The notes below the pieces were generated by a model that saw only the letters and a list, made by a program, of their open reading frames with translations, was not told where the DNA came from and did not search any database. From NCBI GenBank assembly GCA_949358305.1, contig OX442314.1, forward strand, positions 31,248,001-31,312,000: a stretch of 64,000 nt of DNA, in the 5' to 3' direction. Below, in pieces: positions 12,475 to 25,062 of this stretch. Position 1 is the stretch's first letter, and every line of letters begins with the position of its first letter. The translations under genes were made by a program, and so were the position numbers. Source of the stretch: Strigamia acuminata (taxonomy: Eukaryota).

Positions 12475-13107
12475 TTAATTACGAGAGAGACTACAATCGT
12501 CTTTTTTCTGAGAATATAATTTTGCAATGTCCCAATTACGTTTCACGGCTTTGTTTAACATTTTCAAACCCATAAATTCAAAAGAAGTAAACACGATGAA
12601 GTCAGGACTCGCCTTATCTTTCATCTCGCGACGTAAATACAAAGACATAACGCGATCTTCCCTCACGTAAGTAGCCACAGACAAGTGAATTTCCAAAATC
12701 AGATCCTCGCTGATTTCAATGGAGACCGGAACAAAATCGTGCGGCCACGATGGTGACGTAAAGCACTCGACAGTCAGATTTCCGAAGACATCCATCACAC
12801 GTTTCAACGTTTTCTTCGATGTCAGAGTTACCCATTCGCGATAAGACAGAGGTAAAAGTAACGATTCATAAGGATAAAGACCAACTTGGCGAAAGCAAAA
12901 ATTTCGCCCGTCATCTCGATGTTTTTGAAAACATAAAGTAATTTGTGGTTTATTAAACTTAATAGTAGGTGAACCATCATATGCGAAAAAAAGATGATGG
13001 TGAACCCTCATATTCGAACGAAGACATGTTATAGATTTCGCACACAAGTCAGGAATGAACTTTAAAACAAAAGCCGGAAACGAAAAACCGTTACGGGCAA
13101 GTTTCAA
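12475..13107 (-). CDS. Hypothetical ~200-aa cargo ORF
   Basis: Open ORF in a tightly packed co-oriented cluster. Confidence 0.55.
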   Translation of the reverse strand: MKLARNGFSFPAFVLKFIPDLCAKSITCLRSNMRVHHHLFFAYDGSPTIKFNKPQITLCFQKHRDDGRNFCFRQVGLYPYESLLLPLSYREWVTLTSKKTLKRVMDVFGNLTVECFTSPSWPHDFVPVSIEISEDLILEIHLSVATYVREDRVMSLYLRREMKDKASPDFIVFTSFEFMGLKMLNKAVKRNWDIAKLYSQKKDDCSLSRN

Positions 13108-13216
13108 CTTGTTAAAAACACCAGTTTAAATAACAGGAAACAAAAAACGGTTACACTTAAGTTTGAGCACATTACAGACATCAGTTTTAATAAAAAACAG
13201 GAAATAGAAAATACAG

Positions 13217-13759
13217 TTACAATCGAAGTTGTTTCAAATACCATTTTTTAAAATAAAGACATTCCAGTTTTGGACAATGTGCAATTTTTCCTTTTTTGAT
13301 GTATTTGTGTAAGTCACAAACTACGCTAAAATCGTGTCCATCGTACAAGTCACAAAACTTTGGGCAACCGTAATCTTCCAGATTGAGAGAGGAAATTCCA
13401 CATGCAGTTAACATGTCACGTTCAACGTGTCCACCCTTGTATGCGAAAAGTTCAGTTCCAAATTCCAATTTACACGTTCGATGTAAACACTTCAAAACAT
13501 CACACACTTTTGATTGCGGATAATCGCGCAGACTGTCTTCAAACCTCATTTCATGAATGTTCCTACTCACCCAACTCACACATTTCTTAACTTTAGGATC
13601 CAAATCTAAATATTTTCCAACTTGAAACGTACAGTGGCCGTAAGTGGCATCACGCGTAAATGCGTAGCCAAGTTCCTTTACCAGAAATTTTTTGTTAAAC
13701 ATGAAGCCGTCAAAATCAATAATGCATCCAACTTCTGACATCAAGTTTTGTAATTCCAT
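13217..13759 (-). CDS. DEDD-exonuclease-like, Cys/His-tailed Polinton-associated protein
   Basis: IIDFDGF..KFLVKEL...IH.M.F...YKGGHVE...NLEDYGCPKF...C.LH...HC..EC. Confidence 0.6.
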   Translation of the reverse strand: MELQNLMSEVGCIIDFDGFMFNKKFLVKELGYAFTRDATYGHCTFQVGKYLDLDPKVKKCVSWVSRNIHEMRFEDSLRDYPQSKVCDVLKCLHRTCKLEFGTELFAYKGGHVERDMLTACGISSLNLEDYGCPKFCDLYDGHDFSVVCDLHKYIKKGKIAHCPKLECLYFKKWYLKQLRL

Positions 13760-13944
13760 ATCCGACAGAAAAGGTTCTTTACTCTTCAAAATCACAGGAG
13801 AGTGTGCCAAATACACATAGGAGAATTGAAGAGAGAAAAATAACAAAATCACAACAAAGTGACGACCCTTAGTGTGAATTATTAACAACAATTAACACAA
13901 ATTTGGAATAAAAAACAAAAAATGTAGAAAATTTATAACACAAT

Positions 13945-14150
13945 TCCGTGCTATATCTACATGGTCGAATTATTTCATTGATTGATGTTCAGAATTGTGC
14001 TATATCTGTACCTACAGCCCTATTGGTAGGATTATAGCACAAAAATTCTTTGCTGAACACTCATTGCAGGAATTATAGCACAGAATTTTGGGCTATATCT
14101 GTACCTGCCTTCTGATTGGCAGGATTATAGCACAAAATTCTGTGCTGAAA
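13945..14150. repeat. Short direct/inverted repeats (gtgctatatctgtacct; ggattatagcacaaaa)
   Basis: About three copies of each motif, upstream of the minus-strand ORF cluster. Confidence 0.6.
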
Positions 14151-14547
14151 GGTCCCTCTTACTACTCACTTAAAACCACATTTTTTATTATATTGTTTAC
14201 ATAAATTAAAAAAGCATCTCTTTTTGTCATTTACTACCTGGATTTGCTTGACATTTCCCTTTTTTAACTCTTCCGTTACTTACCTCAAAGTTTAAAAGGA
14301 TGCAGTTCTGTGAATAAAATAAAAAGGAAGTGTCCTGACATTTGCTTAAACATAATGTATTTTTTTCACTTGAATGACACTTAAAAACACTTTTTTCATT
14401 TGAAATCACTTAAAAACACGCTTTTTTCATTTGAAAACACACTTTTTATTATTTTGTTTACATAATTTGGACATAAAATTTAAAACTTACATGGGTGGAG
14501 AAGTCAAATGACTTTGTCTCGTGATGAATGGAATAATCAGCAAACAC

Positions 14548-15728
14548 TTAGAGTGGAATGGAGATGTATTTAATTAGATTTTCAAGCAATACTGGAATGG
14601 TAAAGAAGAGTCTTTCACCGATTGGTAGCTGACCTTCAGAACAGAGAAGTGTTCCAATCAAGTCCAGGTAGCCTTCTGCATCCTCTAAACTGCAAACTGC
14701 ATTTTGAAATAGATGTGACAGGTGTTTCTCGTCGATTACTTCCATCAATGGAATGTAGGTATTTCTAAGAATGCTGATCTTCGATGATAAACGGTTCATA
14801 AAGTCCGAAATCGATACAATTCCTATCGCATCCTCTAGTACCTCTAGTAAAATTTGAAGCAAGCTTTGGTACATTGTCAATGTTAAGCTTGGGATACGCT
14901 TTGGCGAAAGAAAGTGTGATAATTCTGCTTTGATATAACACTTAAAATAAAAGCTATACAGAAAACTTAAGCGCTACATCACTGTATCGAATGGAGTGTC
15001 ATTCATTTAAAACCGAATAAATGCAGTGAAATTAGGTAAATCTTTCCGCTAGCTGAATCAAATAAATGGTCGGTAGCGATGGATCGTCGTTGCAAAGCAG
15101 TCTTCCTATAACCTCCAAATTTGACTGTCCAACATTCAAAGCCGAACGAACAAAATTGTACAACTTCTTTTGTTCTTTGTTTTCTATCGCTCATATAAAG
15201 TCATTAAAGTCAACGCAAGAACTTGTGTTCTTTTCGATGTTCAAAGTCAATTGAGTTAAGGTCGCAGGAACAGTCCATCGTCTCAGTCCATCTTCACGAA
15301 TGACGATTACAAGTAAAAGCAGATTTTGATATTGTGATACACTAACATGAGGAATTAACTTTGGTGATATAAACCATCCAATTTTGCACACTCTTGCAAT
15401 ATGGCACATCTTCAATATCAGTTTACAAATGTCATCATCAATCTCACCTTTCCTCTATCGACATCAGTGTTCCACTGACAATATGCGTGTGTAAATCTGA
15501 TCCGCTATCCTGGTGATGGACTTAGGATATAACAAAGATTATTTGTTTCTTCTATCATTGATAAAAATTCCTCGCACGGACTGAGAAATTTTTTCATGTG
15601 TTGACATACTCTTCATGACACGTGTAAAACTCAAAACTTATTAGGCCATCTTGGAGGATTTCCAGAACAATAGTGATTAGGTTTTGACACATTGACGGTT
15701 CGGTGAAATGATCCACCCATTTTCGCAT
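14548..15728 (-). pseudogene. Tandem array of at least 3 small paralogs with a YQxLL..L..L(E/Q)D(G/A) motif
   Basis: KRIPSLTLTMYQSLLQILLEVLEDA (14.9 kb), KLIPHVSVSQYQNLLLLVIVIREDG (15.3 kb), PSMCQNLITIVLEILQDG (15.7 kb); DNA homolog at 5740-5930. Confidence 0.6.
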
Positions 15729-15785
15729 GTGTTTAAAATATAACAGAGATTTAAAATGTTTTGATAAATATCATAAAAGTAAAAC

Positions 15786-16399
15786 TCAACACCATAACTT
15801 ATTGCTTCTCCTTGATATTGAAAATATTTTTTTAAAAATCAAGTTTTTTAACAGAAAATTCTTTCTCTTGCATGACAAATTGTGGATCCGCTCTGGACAA
15901 CTGCATCGTAGCACGTCCTGCCTCTCAAATTCACTTTCTTCCTCAGTGGGCTCTGGCGGTCCTTGCTGAAACACCCCCTTGGTATTGGCTTTAATGGAAC
16001 AATGGGAGGTGTCTTCACCTTTGTTGCTTCCTTCATCTCACCCGCAGATGGTAGGGGATAAGGGGGCGGTGGCATTGCAAATGCACGTGCAGACGACGGC
16101 GGAAACGGAAGAATATTTTCTCTACGTAAAATAAATCAAAGAAAAAATCAATTTTTTAAAACAAAAAGAAAAAAATTTAAAAATTTAACTTACCGGTGAA
16201 TAGGAATATCATAAACTAGAAGTGGGAGCGGTTTAGGAGAGTCCGCATTTCCACTACACAGATAATGAAAAAATTAAAATTAAAAACAGAAAAAGTAAAA
16301 AATAAATAAAGAAAAATATAGCTACCTCATTTCAGCGAAAGCAACTTCACAGGCTTTTTTCACTTCTAATAAAAATTTCTCCAGAACAAATCCAGCCAT
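15786..16399 (-). pseudogene. Spliced Pro-rich YxxP family, copy 2
   Basis: MAGFVLEKFLLEVKKAC / VYDIP / LPFPP..PPPPY..EEESEFERQDVLRCSC; same two phase-2 introns; 1-nt frameshift near 15970. Confidence 0.7.
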
Positions 16400-17069
16400 G
16401 CTGAGCTCAGAGTAACTGTAAGACAGTGTGCAAAATCAAAGAAATCAGACACACAATTGAAGATGAAAACAGTTGTTGTTTTTACTTCACATCTTGTCCT
16501 CCGGCGCGTGGATAGTACCCGTGTCAGCGATGGGCAGCTTCGCCTCAGCGCATCCATTCTCCCGAATGCGATTTCTTCCTTGTTTGGAACCGGGATCGCC
16601 CCCGGTTCGCGTGCCTTGGCTGGTTTCAAAGGTGGCGCAGGTGGACTCTCCTGCTTCGGTTTCCACGGCACAAGAAGTCTTCTTTTTTCAATTACGTCCG
16701 TAGCTGGTAGCGGTGGTGGAGGGGGAGGAGAGGATGAAACGCCTACTTCTTTTCTTTTATTTCTTTTTGAAAAGAAAGAAAGAAAAAAAACGTTATTAAA
16801 AAAAAAGAAGAAGAAAACGTTATTAAAAAAAGAAAAATGTGATTAAAAAGAAAGAAAGAAAATATGATTGAAAAGAAAATATTACCTTTGTTTCGGGACA
16901 TTGTAGATGTCACTCATTCTTCCCTTCCTATAAATAAAATAAAAAAGTACAAAAAAACTAAAAAAAATTCAATGAAAAATGAAAAAATTTACTCTAGTTC
17001 AGCAAGCGCTTCATCACATGCGCGTCTCACACTAAATAAAAATTTCCGTAATATGAAGGTGTCCGACAT
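16366..17069 (-). CDS. Spliced Pro-rich YxxP family, copy 3 (frame open)
   Basis: MSDTFILRKFLFSVRRAC / IYNVP / PPPPPPLP..PPLKP..EEIAFGRMDALRRSC; two phase-2 introns. Confidence 0.65.
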
Positions 17070-18079
17070 GATAGTAGACATCAAATAAAATATGCTCTAC
17101 TCCTTGTTCTTCTTATACATGCAGGTGTTGTTTTGATTTTCAACATCCTTGATTACGTTTTACTTCCCCATAGGAATGACAACAAGTGTTGTCTTTCATG
17201 CGCTTAATGAAAGACAATATCACTGATTGTTAAAAGACAACATCACTTAATTATTATTATATGACAAAATCACTTAATTATTGTTATAAAAATAGAAGAT
17301 GTGAAGAAAATATTTGAGTTTTGGTGTGAACGTGTCCGACATGACAGTGGACTTCAAACGAAATATGCTCTGTACAATTCTGCAGCAATGGTGATGTCAC
17401 ATCTAGTAAATTGTCAAGAGGAAATAATGACATTTTAGTGCTACACCGATGGAGAGTGACAGAACACCAGAACAAACTATTTCTGGTTAATTTGCCATTG
17501 TTTATGAAAATTGACTCTTCTCTGCTGACCAGGTCGCATCCATGTTGGCAAGCTTGCCACAAAAGCATTCCATTCTGCAAGCCCAATATGAGTGTTGCGT
17601 GTGAGTATTGCTACCATCCTGCACATCAACATGAAATTTGGTAGTGTGGTCTGTTGCACTGTTACTGAAAAAACTCCTCTCCCCCCAAAAAAACTTCTTT
17701 TGGCCCCCTAAAGAACTGAATTTCCTCCCGAACTCCATTCTGAATTTCACAAATTCCATGTCCGAATTGATGGAAACAAAGCTGGAAATTAGCAATTTTG
17801 ATGTACAAACTTGAGACTCACCAGTACTGCGTACCAGTTGAAAATCTTCGCAAATTGGGAAACTCAAATCGCAAGTTGAAAACTAAGAAATGAAATTGAG
17901 GCTTTACGATCCGGGGACAAAGGCATCAAAATGCCGACAACTTGCGAATTTGTACCGGAAAACATCAAAATTCAGTTGAATGAGTTCAACAATCTCAGGG
18001 ATTAGATGAAATCAAAAAATTATCGCCGAAGATTTTTATTTTATTTTGGAACCAAAACAAGAACCATTTTATTTACCGG

Positions 18080-19495
18080 ATGAACCAATCACGTGCGCAG
18101 TGTTCCAAAACTTATATGGTTGATTTGTTGCGATCCTCCGGGATTTCCGCTCTAAACAAATACTTACCTTGTCGGGAGCGGTTTGCAAGTGAGATGCCGT
18201 TTATAGGCCTTATACTCGGCTGGCTGCGTGGTGTGTCTAGGGGTAATTTTATGAAAGGAAAACGACAGTTTGAGTTGAATCAAAAGACAAATGAACTTTA
18301 TTGGTGCGAAAATTACAATATTGTGGTAGGAAATATAAGAAGAGAATTAAATGATAGGGTTTAATGAATTTAACAGTTAAAACTAGGGAGAAAGAGTGAG
18401 AGAAAGAATGAGAAATAAGACAAGTGAACGGTTACGCTCACTCGTAACAAAGGAAAGTGCGCGACAACGACGGTTGTCGTTGAGCACGAGTATTTGGCGC
18501 GCAACAAACGGCTATTTGTTGCGCTCGGACTCGCCTGAGAAATATTATTTCTTGTTGAAAACAATGACTTTCTATCTGTAAACTCCGGAGGAAGGCTCAC
18601 AGGTGGTTTACAGATATCGGCGATGGTTCTCTACGAGAAGTTTGCCGTTGGCGACGACGACGAGAGTACCAGAGTTAAACTCGATGGCGCTCTCACAATA
18701 ATCAACAACGAGCGGGCACAAATTTCTTCGCTCGTACGATGGCGATGAACAGTAAACTCCGGAGGAAAGCTCGCAGGTGGTTCACGATAGTTCACGGCGA
18801 CGGTTTGCTCGATCGGCGAGGGCGAGTCTCGGAACAAGTCAACGGGACTCGACGGCGACGATGAGCAGAGTTTCTCGGGCGTTACCCGAAATTCGTGTTC
18901 TGTACGCAAATGTGGCTGGTTCCACCGAATTTATTCAGTGGAAACAGCAATGTCTCTTAACTCACCAAATTGTGTAACCCGGTCAGCACTAGAATCCTTT
19001 TGTTTGAAGTTCTCAGCGATGATCATGTGGGTTGTTGTTGGTGTGTTTGTGTCAAGAGGGGGCGAAACCGCCAAAATTTGGGGTTTTATGCACTCTCGAA
19101 ATCTGCGCACTAAATATGTGCAGATTGCTAATTTTGACACAACAAAGGATTTTGTTGCGCCAAAACCGTTAGTATTGCACCATAACTGTTGGCTATGGGA
19201 AGGGTGGAGTGTGCCCTGGCACACTTCAATTCTGCGTGGCGGATGCTGCGCAGACAGCGTAATTTAGTGAAACAAAGCATTTTGCTTCACTAAGCGGTTA
19301 ATTAACGCCTCACCCCACATAATATTGTGGTGAGCCGTGTTAGGGGAGTTTTTCTCCCCTAAAATATGTAATTGTTTGGCGTGTGCCAAACACAAATATT
19401 ACCGAAATAAAATGTAAAATACAACTTCTTCCGTGGTGACTCTTTTATTAATAAAAACACATTAAATTAAATAAAAGTGGCTCAGGGTCACCACA
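18080..19495 (-). mobile_element. Long-LTR remnant A (TGTGGTGACC family); left edge uncertain
   Basis: Ends in ggtcaccaca like the PPT-adjacent LTR end at 56128; shares sequence blocks with 22895-24234; minus-strand TATAAA followed by AAG|GTAAGT. Confidence 0.6.
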
Positions 19496-20529
19496 GATTA
19501 TAATTTTTTATAAAATTTAAAGATTAGGGAATTCGGAAACCTTATCTCGGACCTCTTACTTGTACTTCGATCATAAATCATGAATTTTAGAAGAGATTGT
19601 TTTCACGATTAATGATCTCGGGATTCTGGGAAATCTTATCTTCGTTGCAACTGCAATGTTGGAGAGAAAAAAATCATTATTTTTCTAACGAATATGTTTA
19701 TGCAAATTTGTCTAATCTAAAACTTAACGAGTAAGAACCAAAACCTTTATTATTGAATTGAGTGGCAACCTAATTTCTCTTTTATATCGTCGAGTTTATT
19801 CCGTTACCAAGCTCTAGATTGGCATATAGAGCAAATAGAGCCAGCAACAATTTTCTGACAAACCGTGTATGGGTTGATTGATTGTTTGCTTCCACCAACG
19901 CCGTCTCTGAACAATAAACTTCATTTCCTTCAAAAACTTTCAAAGTTTTTCTCAGTATAAGTTATGAAAATTGTAATTAATTATAAAGAATAATTACACA
20001 ATTGATGGTAAACGTTTTTTTTTACATGTGCATCTGGTTTTATTTGAGCAGTTGGTGTCGATGACCCATGTAGAGATAGAAATATCTATTATTTGTGCGT
20101 TGTAGACCAAAAGCTCTTCTGGATTGCCTTTAGCCTGATCGTTTGTTATATTTTGTAATGATTCTGTCTGATTTTTGAAAGATTAACACTCCATGTCTTT
20201 TTCATCTACCTGAGGCTGCAAAAACTGCTAAAAACTAATTCATTAGTTGCAAACAACAGTCCAATAAATGTTGATATCTTAAGGCTTTGTCTAATTTCTC
20301 AATCAAAGATAAAAAATATTAACACCGGGTCCGAGCACAACTCCTGACTTTTTTTATCAAAAGGCAAAAACAGCCAAAATTGTTAAAAATTCTTAAAGAT
20401 TCACACAAGAAAGAAAAATTAGAATACAAATGTGTCGATAACTTTGACAGGCGCAGAAACGCTTGGTGTGCCGGCGTTTAGGTACGCCATGGATAACTAC
20501 CTAACCTAGGTAGTAGCAGGCCACTGAAA

Positions 20530-22150
20530 ATGGGCGATAACAGGATGATGGATGACGATTTAACAACCGATTCTTCAATTTCGGCGAACATACATCCCGT
20601 TTCCATTGCTAATAATTACAGCAACAAAGTCGAAACTGACAACAATGGCAACTACATAAAATTCACATCATGGCCTGCAAATGCCCCGATGGAAGCGAAA
20701 AAGTTAGCCAAAGCCGGTTTTTTCTACACAGGAAACGAATTCGATTTCAAATGCTTCAGCTGCAAACGAACGATCGACAAATGGAATTTCGGTGACCAAG
20801 TAGCCATTCAGAAACTTGCCATCTTGAGTGCGAATTGTGACTTTGTCTAGCACAAATCCGATAACGTACCGATTTTCATGCAGCGAGCCAGTTTATACAC
20901 GTCGGCTTTGAGTGAAGCGGCAGAATCCTTACTATCCAATGCGACCAATTCAACACTTGCTTCCACGTCGAGACCCCAAAACCTGCGAATTCTGTTCTCC
21001 ATTTCGGCAGCAGCTGCCGCTGCCGGCATGTCTGACCGATCGGATGAAAAAACGTGGGAGAGTTTCGGCAACTTACTAAGCGAGGCCGAACTGTAAATAT
21101 TATTTAAGTGATTCTAATAATAAAGCAATGTCAATTGAATGATTCATCAATATGCAAACTAGTTAACATGTGTATTTTAGCATAAACATAAATAGAAAAC
21201 CTTTTATAAAATCAAAGTTAATGTTTTATTCAACACTTGATAAAAAGGAAATACAAATTATTTAATTTGAATTGTTAAACTTAAATATTAACAAAGATTA
21301 ATTTGATCTAAGTAATGGATAATATCTTAAATTCAAAAGGTTTATAAAGACAAAGTTTATTTGAAAAATACTAGAAAAATTATCTAAGTTATTCTAGAGA
21401 AACCTGAAAAATAAACTAAGTTAAAGTAGTCTTAAACCTGAAAAGAAAGAGAAAAATTCTAAGTTAAATTCTCATAGAAAAGTGATCAAATATAATGTGA
21501 TTTGAACCTAGGCCAAGCAATGAGGTTGCTGGCCCAAGTGAAAGCTGTGGCTGAAATGAGCTCTCTGAGCTCTGAAAACTTTTATATAAGCTCCTATGCT
21601 ATAGGAGCTCCAACTAATTAGAGAAAAGAGAAATAGAGTGAATAATATTGCACTCTAGTGAGGATAAGAGTAAATAATACTAACATCTGCATGATGCTAT
21701 GTGTTAAAATTCAGTATTATGCAGAAAATGAGGAAATATGCTCAGAATGATAAGGAATATCAAATAAATATAGACAATTAAATAGCTTATAGAAAAATAA
21801 AGATAACATCATGCTTTGTGCATGGATCACTAGAAATAAAATGAAATTATACTGTAAACCGAAACATTGGATTAAATATAACAATTTAAATATCTATATC
21901 GTATCGAGAAGAGTAGACAAATGAAATATAATATAATTTTGTATCTAAACTCTACACGAACGACTCAAAACATTTCGGGGATGGCCGTCGAAGGTCGTAA
22001 AACCTGGAGATTTGGCTCGAAACGGCCTTTTCTATTTGCGAGATGAAGACAAGGTCCAGTGTTTCTTCTGTCGCGGAGTCGTCGGGCAGTGGGAAGCCGG
22101 AGACAATCCTGCCATCGAGCATAGAGAACATTTCCGGAATTGTCCGTTTA
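20530..22150 (+). pseudogene. IAP gene fragment with two BIR domains and no visible introns
   Basis: BIR1 FTSWP..LAKAGFFYTG..CFSC..W; stop at 20848; BIR2 reads LLSEAE|RLKTFRGWP...CFFC...WE.GD.P..EH...CPF after removing the solo LTR. Confidence 0.9.
21092..21956 (-). mobile_element. Solo LTR, 865 bp
   Basis: TGTA...TACA ends; 5-bp TSD CGAAC; removal restores the BIR2 frame; TATA and AATAAA on the minus strand. Confidence 0.85.
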
Positions 22151-22174
22151 TGAACTGCACTGAAACACTCTAGA

Positions 22175-22560
22175 TGTGTGTCTACAATTTAATTCAACCA
22201 CTTGTTCATCCTTCTTCATATTAAATTGATAGACACAGCAATCTTCAGTAGAGTCTACCTCTAGTAATTTTCGTTCCAATTCTTGCGGTTGATGTGGTGG
22301 TGATGGTGATGGCTGATGGGCTGTCGGCTGATGCACTTCTTCTTCGTTTTCATCACCTGAGATGTAAATAAGTTCTTCAGGTTATATGGATACAGACTGC
22401 TGCTGTTGGTTCCTCGTAGCTAATTCCATTCGGCAACACTCCTGTTCCAATGCCAGTTGGTTTTGAGCAATTTCCAGGTCTCTAAAGATGTAATGTATGC
22501 TGAAGTGGTGGTGAAGTTCCCGGTCTTCTCTCTCTCTGGGTCCGTCTTGGTTAATGAAAA
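22175..22560 (-). pseudogene. RING-H2 gene fragment, copy 2
   Basis: Clear DNA homology to 1370-1620; truncated after LNCRH. Confidence 0.75.
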
Positions 22561-22894
22561 CCAAGTCAAAAATGAATTTGGAGTCTAGTGGGAAAATATT
22601 ATAAAAAGGAAATGATAGAATATAAATCTCACATCCTCCCCTCCTTAAATCTAAAGAAACTTCTTTAAAAAATATATATCTGATTAAACCCTTAAATATA
22701 ATATTAATGATAAGAATACAAGTGAAAAAAAATGTGATACATAAACAAACAAAAACTCTAAACATACAAAATATAATACGCAAATAGAATAACAGAACAT
22801 TAATACGAAAAACAAAACCTAGTTCCTTCACTGCTCTTATCCCCATAGATATTCTTCTTCATTTCCTTTATCTTCCTCCAAGCCCATTTCATAA

Positions 22895-24234
22895 GCAGCT
22901 AATTTTATAGAGCTTCGTCTTGCTCAATTTGAATTTGTGCCTCTTCCATCTGTCGGCCGGCGCTCTTGTTTCCTTCGTTCCTCCGCGATGGTTTCTCTTT
23001 GATTTATTGGAGCCACTTCCACAACAATTCTTGATGGTCTTGGTCCGAAAGACCAACCTCGTCCTTCTGGCACAGCTCGTACTCCTCGGGACACCATTTC
23101 TAGGCAAACTGGTCTTTTCTCCTCGTCTCCTTCTGGAACTTCTTGTTGATCGGACGACCTTTCTCTCGGGTCTCTTCGGAGTGCTCTTTCTTCTCCTTCT
23201 TTCGATTGATAATACACTTGCAGTTTCAAAACAAACTGGGTGCATAAGCTTAAGAGTGTTGCGATCCGGGAATTTGGTCGATAAATACTTACCTTTTACC
23301 AACCAAATCGCAATCGAGATGCCGTTTATAGGCTTTAAACTCAGTTGCCTGTAAAAATGTCTAGGGAATGAAATAAAGATATTTTTTGAATAAGTAAAAA
23401 TGACAATTGTTTTTATTCGATAATTTACAATATATTTTACGAAATATAATATTAATTTAAGACTAGAAATTAATGAAGAAAGAATAGAAATGAAACGTGA
23501 GCGGCAAAGCTCACGCTAAACAAAGGAAGCTTTTGGCGCGCAACAAACGGTGTTTGTTGCACACACAAAAATGGCGAGACGGACCCGCCGATACAAATTT
23601 CACTGTACGTACGATGGCAAGCTCCGGAGCTGCGGTGGCTTACAATCATTTGCGATGGTTCACGGCAAGCGTGGTTGCTGTATCAGCGACGGTGAGTCCT
23701 AGATAGTTCAACGGGACTCACGATAACCTACAGTGAGCGGTTTATCGGGCGTTACCCGAGATTCGAATAAGGTGCATGTAACAGACGATGCCTGTTACAC
23801 ACGAGCGCAAATGGGGCTGGTTCCACCGAAATGTCAGTGGAAACAGCAGAATGAATCTCAACTCACCAAACTTAACACTGTCAATACTTGAAGTTTCAGG
23901 GTTTTTCCTTTTCAAAGCAGTGATGTTGTGTTGTTGTTGGTGATGATGTCAAGAGTGAGCAAAACCGCCAAAATTTGGGGTTTTATGCACTCTCAGGTCC
24001 TGCGCACAAAATGTGCGTAGAGAGTCAATTTTGGTGCCACAAAAGGATTTATTGCACCACAATTGCTGCTCTAGCGTAATACCCTGGCTAAAAGAGGGTG
24101 AAGTGTGCCCGGGGAGTTTCCACCTCCAAGTCACACTTCGCAGGTGTTCGGTGTGTGTCACATTAAACAATTAAATAAATAATTATTTAAGTGGTGACAA
24201 GGATTTTATGTGGAATAAAACCAGGGTCACCACA
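22895..24234 (-). mobile_element. Long-LTR remnant B (TGTGGTGACC family)
   Basis: Ends in ggtcaccaca at 24234; TATA plus splice-donor block; left edge defined only by the duplicate copy at 32422. Confidence 0.65.
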
Positions 24235-25062
24235 AGAGAGACAACACAAACTCTAGAACCAATGAGGCAAACATCGTGAATGTTATGATTCCTTGCTCTT
24301 GACTTTTTTTTATAGAACTTTGTTCTTCACCAACTTCTGATTCAATTTCTGATATCAGTTGCTTGTTCTCTGACACTTCGTTCTCATTTCACCCTTTCCA
24401 ACTGTCACTTTCACATATACACAATAACTCAATTTTTCCTTAGGTTACCTCACTTAATAATTTGTTTACATTCAACATTTTTTAACTCTAACAACTGTCT
24501 TAAATAATTATCTGAATAAAATACAAAATTTATGCATCAAGCTTACAATTTTTTTAGCAAAACAGTATTAAGCACTGCAACAAAAAAAAATATTATTAAA
24601 TCAAGTTTCTATAATTCTTCTCGGAGTCCTGCCTGAATTTTCTCCCCTTTCAATTGTTACATTAGGACTACTTTGTCCCCTAACATTATCAATCTCATCT
24701 ACTTCTTCCCACTCACAAGTCAGTATTATCTAAATCAACTTCTATATTTTGCCTTTTATTCTTCCTGTTTCTTTTGTTTCTATTTCTATGTCTCAAGGCC
24801 TGATATTTTACATTCCAATTATTACATATAAATTTACCCACTATGAAGAGAATAATTAATAAGGTCAAAATAATATTGACAATTGACAAAACGTGATAAT
24901 TAAAATTATTGTGTACCGTGTAAACTGATTCCTAATCATTCATTCTGCTCAAGTCCATTTATATGTGATTCATGATCACGCCATCCCCTCTTGTAAAATT
25001 ACTCCCCATATCAGTTATCAATGATTTTCGAGACTTCGAAATAATCCAGCTGCGATTGCAGC

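Larger units (their letters stand above)
4630..17640. mobile_element. Decayed, rearranged Polinton/Maverick region (boundaries approximate)
   Basis: c-integrase with chromodomain, two conserved upstream ORFs, pPolB fragment, compact virus-like ORF cluster; no capsid, ATPase or protease gene and no termini recognised. Confidence 0.8.
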
